From: Rhodobacterales bacterium
GTDB taxonomy: Bacteria; Pseudomonadota; Alphaproteobacteria; Rhodobacterales; Rhodobacteraceae
DNA: 64,000 bases
Assembly: GCA_043738565.1 (NCBI GenBank)
Contig: JAYUGA010000323.1
Coordinates: 12,895 to 76,894, forward strand
Direction of reading: 5' to 3'
Shown: piece after piece, positions 60,039-64,000 of the stretch
Layout of the letters: every line of letters begins with the position of its first letter
Position numbering within the stretch: the stretch's first letter is position 1
Position numbers and translations under genes: made by a program
The notes under the pieces: generated by a model
Database searches by the model: none
What the model was told of the DNA's origin: nothing
The model's input: the letters and a program-made list of their open reading frames with translations, nothing else

Positions 60039-60206
60039 TGCCGCGCGCCCACTGGACAGCTCCCGGTGTGGCTTGCGCTCCTGCTGCCGTTCTACTGGGT
60101 CCTGCACAACGTCGCGCTGGTGCTGGCCCTGTCCGACCTCGTGCGCGACCCCGCCCACTGGCGAAAGACCGACCACGGCGCGGCGGTGCGCGCTCAGGCG
60201 GCTTGA
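60039..60206 (+). pseudogene. C-terminal fragment of a family-2 glycosyltransferase-like membrane protein
   Basis: A 55-codon frame bounded upstream by TGA (60036-60038). It reads ...LPVWLALLLPFYWVLHNVALVLALSDLVRDPAHWRKTDHGAAVRAQAA*. The LLPFYW..., HW.KT.HG tail is typical of GT2 C-termini as I recall them. No N-terminal catalytic part is present. Confidence 0.4.
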
Positions 60207-60582
60207 GATCATGGGTAGCGCGAGGGGCAGATTTTGTGGCAAACGACAAGGAATACACAAGTAGAAGAATCAATGAAGCGACTGACGGCGATAGAGTCAT
60301 TTTGCGGGGCCGCTGCAACCCAATACTCAATTCTTGGTGGGCCAGCGAACATTCCGAAGGGGCGGAGCGTTGCATGATTGTTAAGGGCAACAAGGCAGCG
60401 CGCACCTGCCAACAGCGTCTCTGCCAGAGCGTTGCCGCCCTTGTCATACTTCTTCTTGGCGACCGAGAAGGCAGCGGCGATGTCGGTCAGCATTCGGCAC
60501 CGCCCGCCTTCAGCCGCTGATTTCGCAGTGCGAGAACATCATCATGAAGCGCCAAAGTCCGTTCCCCCACACAACCAGAATG

Positions 60583-60611
60583 TGGAGGGGATACAGCAGG
60601 TTGGAGGGGAT
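60583..60611. repeat. Direct repeat TGGAGGGGAT x2 (10 bp, 9-bp spacer), adjacent to the tRNA-like remnant
   Basis: Identical 10-mers at 60583-60592 and 60602-60611. Confidence 0.7.
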
Positions 60612-60624
60612 GTGAAGGAAGGGT

Positions 60625-60681
60625 TGGCGATCCCGGGACGACTCGAACGCCCAACATCCTGATTAGAAGGTCCTTGCTCTA
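60625..60681 (-). pseudogene. tRNA-like 3' remnant (Arg-UCU-type loop, not foldable)
   Basis: The reverse complement reads TAGAGCA AGGAC CTTCTAA TCAGG ATGTT GGGCG TTCGAGT CGTCC CGGGATC G CCA. The T arm and 3' acceptor are tRNA-like. About three quarters of positions match the neighbouring tRNA-Arg, with compensatory T-stem changes. The anticodon stem cannot pair, and the 5' acceptor and D-stem strands are missing. Confidence 0.55.
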
Positions 60682-60691
60682 GGAACCTAAC

Positions 60692-60708
60692 CGCTTAGTT
60701 TCTAAGCG
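60692..60708 (-). terminator. Hairpin CGCTTAG-NNN-CTAAGCG downstream of tRNA-Arg
   Basis: Perfect 7-bp stem with a 3-nt loop, about 40 nt 3' of the tRNA on the minus strand, followed by GTTAGGTT. Confidence 0.4.
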
Positions 60709-60750
60709 ATTTCCGCCACGTATTTTGACACTATGCAATTGCGATGCAAT

Positions 60751-60827
60751 TGGCGACCCCTGCACGACTCGAACGTGCGACATTCCGCTTAGAAGGCGGA
60801 TGCTCTATCCAGCTGAGCTAAGGGGCC
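60751..60827 (-). tRNA. tRNA-Arg (anticodon UCU), CCA encoded
   Basis: The reverse complement folds as a 77-nt cloverleaf: GGCCCCT TA GCTC AGCTGGATA GAGC A TCCGC CTTCTAA GCGGA ATGTC GCACG TTCGAGT CGTGC AGGGGTC G CCA. All four stems pair. Confidence 0.9.
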
Positions 60828-61065
60828 ACGCGAACGCGTGTAGCGTCTGGCGCTGGTCTGTGCAAGATGCCGCAACACTGCGTTTAAACGCTCTCACTGG
60901 AAACAACCCCACCTTTGGCAACTGATTGTTTCCAGTTCGCCCGTTTATCCGAGCAGCCGAGATCGCTAGGTTGGCCGAACAATGACCCAGCACCTTGCAC
61001 CCCTCAGTCATCTCCCCCAACCCGCGCGGCAATGAGGCCGCGCTGGGATAACCCAGGAGACTGAC

Positions 61066-61299
61066 ATGACCGACAAGACTGACTTCCACGCCCTCCTCGC
61101 GCTGGCCATCAACTTCGACCATGAATGTGTACTCGAACTCGCCTGCCACTCCAACAGTGGCTTCTCGCTCGCAGGCGAAGAGATCACGGAGCCCGACCTG
61201 ATGCTGGTCGCGCGCAACAGCGACGCTCTGACCGGCCAGCTCAAGTGGATCATCAAGCGCACGACGGAGATGCTCGCGCACGTCGAACGCACCGCCTGA
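61066..61299 (+). CDS. Hypothetical small acidic protein
   Basis: 77 aa with the strong RBS AGGAG 8 nt upstream of the ATG, followed by the hairpin at 61305-61330. Confidence 0.55.
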   Translation: MTDKTDFHALLALAINFDHECVLELACHSNSGFSLAGEEITEPDLMLVARNSDALTGQLKWIIKRTTEMLAHVERTA

Positions 61300-61304
61300 C
61301 GACA

Positions 61305-61330
61305 ATGGGCGGGTCGCAGGACCCGCCCAT
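61305..61330 (+). terminator. Hairpin terminator candidate
   Basis: Perfect 11-bp stem ATGGGCGGGTC / GACCCGCCCAT with a 4-nt loop. The T-tract is weak (CTTCAT). Confidence 0.5.
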
Positions 61331-61347
61331 CTTCATATCCGGCTGAG

Positions 61348-61383
61348 GATAACGCCCGCGGCCTCACGGTTGCGGGCGTTATC
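61348..61383 (-). terminator. Hairpin terminator candidate for the nuclease gene
   Basis: Perfect 12-bp inverted repeat GATAACGCCCGC ... GCGGGCGTTATC with a 12-nt loop, abutting the stop codon of the minus-strand gene. Confidence 0.5.
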
Positions 61384-62135
61384 TATTCCTCGACGTCGCT
61401 GCTTTCTTCTGGGCCAACTGGCACTGTCTTGTCGCCCCCAAGGGCCAAGTATCTTTGATCAGCCAGCCATTGCAGGCGTTTTGCTTGTGTCAGCAGAACG
61501 CGGCGAAGTCCCCCCTCGCCGCCGTCAATCTTTCGCTCCGCTATGCCTTGACTGAGTCGAGATATAACCATCGCTCGTCTGGAAATGCGAAAGTCGGGGT
61601 GCGCCCGAATCTCAATGACCGCGTCAGAAACGATGCGCCCTTTGAACGATGCAGGCTCCGTCACAACCATTTTTGGGGCTGGTGGGTCTTTCTCGTTCAG
61701 GATGGCCTTGAACCTGCTTTCGGCAATCAATTTCTGATGGATCAGGTATTCTAGCGCATTAAGATGCTTTTCCGCGATTTCATACTCAAGCGGCTTCTTC
61801 TTTGCCGTGACCCCTTTGAATTGCGGGAGCGGCCATATTTGAATATCTTTGACTTCGAGTGGATCAAGGACTGACTTTGCCACAGCGTCCGTCCGCTGGC
61901 CCGTCAGATGCCGCCCTACACGCCCGCTCACACTTTCCTTCGTCTGCCCGACGTAAATGGGTTCGCCGTCGTAATCGAAGAAGGCGTAAACCCCCCAAGT
62001 GAAACTGCCAATTCGGTTTGTCAGACCCGTGACAGGATCGACAAAGTCGCTGCGCATGAATTTTCCCAAACTGGAACGCAGTTCATCAGTTTCAAAGGGC
62101 GGTGTTTTAGTGTCGAAGGCATTCCGGTCTGTCAT
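61383..62135 (-). CDS. GIY-YIG-domain nuclease, putative restriction endonuclease partner of the adjacent methyltransferase
   Basis: 250 aa. The block GVYAFFDYDGEPIYVGQTKESVSGRVGRH fits GIY-(10-11 aa)-YVG plus a downstream Arg, as in GIY-YIG nucleases. The gene lies 19 nt downstream of, and is co-oriented with, the C5-methyltransferase gene. GC is lower than the core genome by eye. Confidence 0.6.
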   Translation of the reverse strand: MTDRNAFDTKTPPFETDELRSSLGKFMRSDFVDPVTGLTNRIGSFTWGVYAFFDYDGEPIYVGQTKESVSGRVGRHLTGQRTDAVAKSVLDPLEVKDIQIWPLPQFKGVTAKKKPLEYEIAEKHLNALEYLIHQKLIAESRFKAILNEKDPPAPKMVVTEPASFKGRIVSDAVIEIRAHPDFRISRRAMVISRLSQGIAERKIDGGEGGLRRVLLTQAKRLQWLADQRYLALGGDKTVPVGPEESSDVEE

Positions 62136-62154
62136 GACCGGAGGTTACTAGAAG

Positions 62155-63300
62155 TCACGCGACCAAGGCGAGTCGATTCTTGCGTAGGACGGGTTGGAAT
62201 ACTGACTCGGCCAAGAAGCGAACAACAGGAACAGCCACCCCGTCACCCGCAAGTTTATAGGCGTCATTATAGCGGACGGGCAGCTCATAGGTGTTGGGCA
62301 AACCCATCAGGGACGCTGCCTCACGCGGTGACAGCAGGCGTGATCGAACCCGCTTACCCTCAATGATCATGATGGTCTGACGGCTCGATCCACCCCCCGG
62401 AGTCCGCAAGCAGCCCGCGACCTCGTCGAAACGAACCTCTGCCCGCTGCCGCTTGATGCCGTTCTCGTCTGGCCGTGTGCGGCGGTAGATGGTGCCGACT
62501 ACCTTTGTGCCCAGCAGCATCGCCGCTTCCACCTTTTTGCGGTTCAGGTCGGTCATCATGTCGAGCAGATATTTCGTCTCTGCCTTTGTGTGCCACTTCA
62601 CGCCCTGCGGGTGATCCTCGATCAGGTCAGAGAGGGTCGTTTCGCGCATCTGCGGCACAGGCAGGTTCCACCAGACCCAGCGCGCCTTCGCCGTCGCCGA
62701 AAGCAGGTTGTGACCTTCGATCAGCGCGGGCGGATGCCAGATAGACGAGGGCGCGTCTTGGGTGCAGCTGTCAGGGATGCGAAGATCGCCACGAATACCG
62801 ATGATGAAGAAGCGCGGGCGCGATTGCGGCAGGAAGTGAACGGCATCGACGACGACCGCACCGAAACGATACCCAAGGCCAGAGAATGACGCAGCCAACG
62901 TGGCAAAGTCGCGCCCGCCGTTGCTTGTGATCGCACCATAGACGTTCTCAACTGCCACCATCTTCGGCCCACGCCCTTCGGCGTGGAGGTCACGGACAAG
63001 CTGCCAGAAGGGCTTGAACATGCCAGAGCGTTTGCCTGCCAAGCCCGCGCCTTTGCCAGCCAGCGAAAGGTCTTGGCAAGGGAATGAGGCCCAAACGAGA
63101 TCGGCTGTGCCGGGAATTTCGTCAGGTGTCACCGTGGCGACGTCCTTAAGCAGCAACTCCTTGCCGCCATGATGATTGGCACGGTAGCTGGCTGCTTTCT
63201 TGGCATCAATGTCATTGGCGAACAGGCATTGCCATTGCGACCCAAGACCGAACCCGGCCATTCCGCCGCCCGCGAAGAAATCGTAGTAAGTGTGCGGCAT
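62155..63300 (-). CDS. dcm: DNA (cytosine-5)-methyltransferase
   Basis: 381 aa with the full motif set: I DFFAGGGMAG, IV SFPCQDLS, VI ENV, VIII QSRPRFFIIG, IX LSPREAASLMGLP, X GDGVAVPV. Confidence 0.92.
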   Translation of the reverse strand: MPHTYYDFFAGGGMAGFGLGSQWQCLFANDIDAKKAASYRANHHGGKELLLKDVATVTPDEIPGTADLVWASFPCQDLSLAGKGAGLAGKRSGMFKPFWQLVRDLHAEGRGPKMVAVENVYGAITSNGGRDFATLAASFSGLGYRFGAVVVDAVHFLPQSRPRFFIIGIRGDLRIPDSCTQDAPSSIWHPPALIEGHNLLSATAKARWVWWNLPVPQMRETTLSDLIEDHPQGVKWHTKAETKYLLDMMTDLNRKKVEAAMLLGTKVVGTIYRRTRPDENGIKRQRAEVRFDEVAGCLRTPGGGSSRQTIMIIEGKRVRSRLLSPREAASLMGLPNTYELPVRYNDAYKLAGDGVAVPVVRFLAESVFQPVLRKNRLALVA

Positions 63301-63470
63301 GGTCCCTCCCTCGCTAAATGTTGACTACCTCAAGCCACTATCGGTTGTCCAAGGCTAACAATCGGTGGACGCGGAAGGTGACGCAAAAACTTCGGTTGAG
63401 CAAGAACAAAAGAAGAACTTATCGTTGTGTCACCGGGCGCGCTGTGCGCCCCATCAACGGAGTGACAGAC

Positions 63471-64000
63471 ATGACCGACCTGAACATGACCAAAGCCCAA
63501 CTCAACGCCCTGCTCGTCACCCCGCTGACAGCCTCGGCCTTGAAAAAGACCTCCCACGCCGACCTCGTCGCAATGTTCGACGCGATGCACCCGACAGACG
63601 CCCTCGACGCTGATATCCGCGACGCTCGCGCCGACGATCCGACACCCGATCCCGTCCTCGACAACTCGTCGGCCCTGACGCCGACTGATGCCGACGTGCT
63701 GAACGTCCTGAAAGGTCTGACGCCCGCCGAACACCACCTGCTTGTCGCGTTCGCCCATTGCGAGAACACTGTGGTCAACGCCGCACCGAAAAACGCGACG
63801 GGTCCGGCTGACCTGACGACGTGGGTGTGGCTCGAAGATCGGAAAGTCGGTGGCATGACCACCGCGCAGAAAAAGGGCGTGTTGTCGTCACTGGTGAAAA
63901 AAGGCCTCGTCCACGTCTCGCCGGATTCTGACGGTGACATGCTCGGCTGGTCCTTGCTCGGGTTCGAGGTCGTCAAATCCCTGCTGGATGAAGAACTGCC
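63471..64000 (+). CDS. Hypothetical protein, 3' end outside the window
   Basis: An open frame from ATG 63471 to the window edge, absent from the ORF track because it has no stop. It reads MTDLNMTKAQLNALLVTPLTASALKK...GVLSSLVKKGLVHVSPDSDGDMLGW. GC3-rich codons, with RBS-like ACGGAG upstream. Confidence 0.5.
   Translation, partial: MTDLNMTKAQLNALLVTPLTASALKKTSHADLVAMFDAMHPTDALDADIRDARADDPTPDPVLDNSSALTPTDADVLNVLKGLTPAEHHLLVAFAHCENTVVNAAPKNATGPADLTTWVWLEDRKVGGMTTAQKKGVLSSLVKKGLVHVSPDSDGDMLGWSLLGFEVVKSLLDEEL

Larger units (their letters stand above)
57046..60750. mobile_element. Degenerate tRNA-Arg-associated genomic island remnant (alpA-primase module, no integrase)
   Basis: It lies between the last housekeeping gene (tag) and the 3' end of tRNA-Arg. 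It contains an AlpA-like HTH gene, a RepB-type primase gene, small orphan ORFs, gene fragments and a tRNA-like 3' remnant. Codon usage and GC are patchy. The boundaries are inferred, and no flanking direct repeats were identified. Confidence 0.45.

Noticed and set aside
60209-60493. A 94-aa minus-strand ORF next to the tRNA as a candidate truncated integrase.
   Set aside because: No tyrosine- or serine-recombinase motifs are present (no R..HxxR..Y pattern and no N-terminal Ser catalytic block). The sequence is readable only with a frameshift and matches no family I recognise.
60625-60681. A second functional tRNA gene in tandem with tRNA-Arg.
   Set aside because: The anticodon stem strands (AGGAC / TCAGG) are non-complementary at all five positions. 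No 5' acceptor or D-stem strand exists. I treat it as a remnant.
1-64000. CRISPR arrays, rRNA genes, IS elements or transposases, and prophage structural genes.
   Set aside because: I saw no regularly spaced direct repeats, no rRNA-like sequence, and no transposase, terminase or capsid-like ORFs on either strand.

Overview
This is a GC-rich chromosomal segment (roughly two-thirds G+C by eye, not computed). Gene content and order point to an alphaproteobacterium of the Rhodobacterales type, with dnaX-ybaB-recR, rpsU/COQ9, phaAB, iorAB, ETF-QO, ispE/ispB, mobAB and greA present. Most of the window, about 16.4-57.0 kb, is ordinary and intact housekeeping or metabolic DNA.

Four things stand out.

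(1) A block of about 13 kb (3.0-16.3 kb) holds two peptide ABC-uptake loci with associated peptidase and amidohydrolase genes. Nearly every gene in it is broken. The lesions include in-frame TAG, TAA and TGA codons, 1-nt indels, lost stop codons, eroded catalytic motifs and one deletion junction. The flanking genes are intact.

(2) An accessory region lies around a tRNA-Arg(UCU) gene at 57.0-64.0 kb.
- An alpA-like gene plus a RepB-type primase module sits there with no integrase.
- Loose gene fragments and a non-foldable tRNA-like 3' remnant with adjacent direct repeats lie next to the tRNA.
- On the other side of the tRNA is a lower-GC operon encoding a C5 cytosine methyltransferase and a GIY-YIG nuclease. 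This is a putative type II restriction-modification system.

(3) A dispersed intergenic repeat family has at least six copies. Each copy has a conserved quasi-palindromic box followed by a G-run/C-run hairpin. One copy is fused to a C11 tract and a 17-bp tandem array.

(4) Isolated frameshifts occur in a glutathione S-transferase gene and in alpA.

I found no CRISPR array, rRNA, transposase or recognisable integrase. All calls come from manual reading of the sequence and the ORF track. No database search was run.
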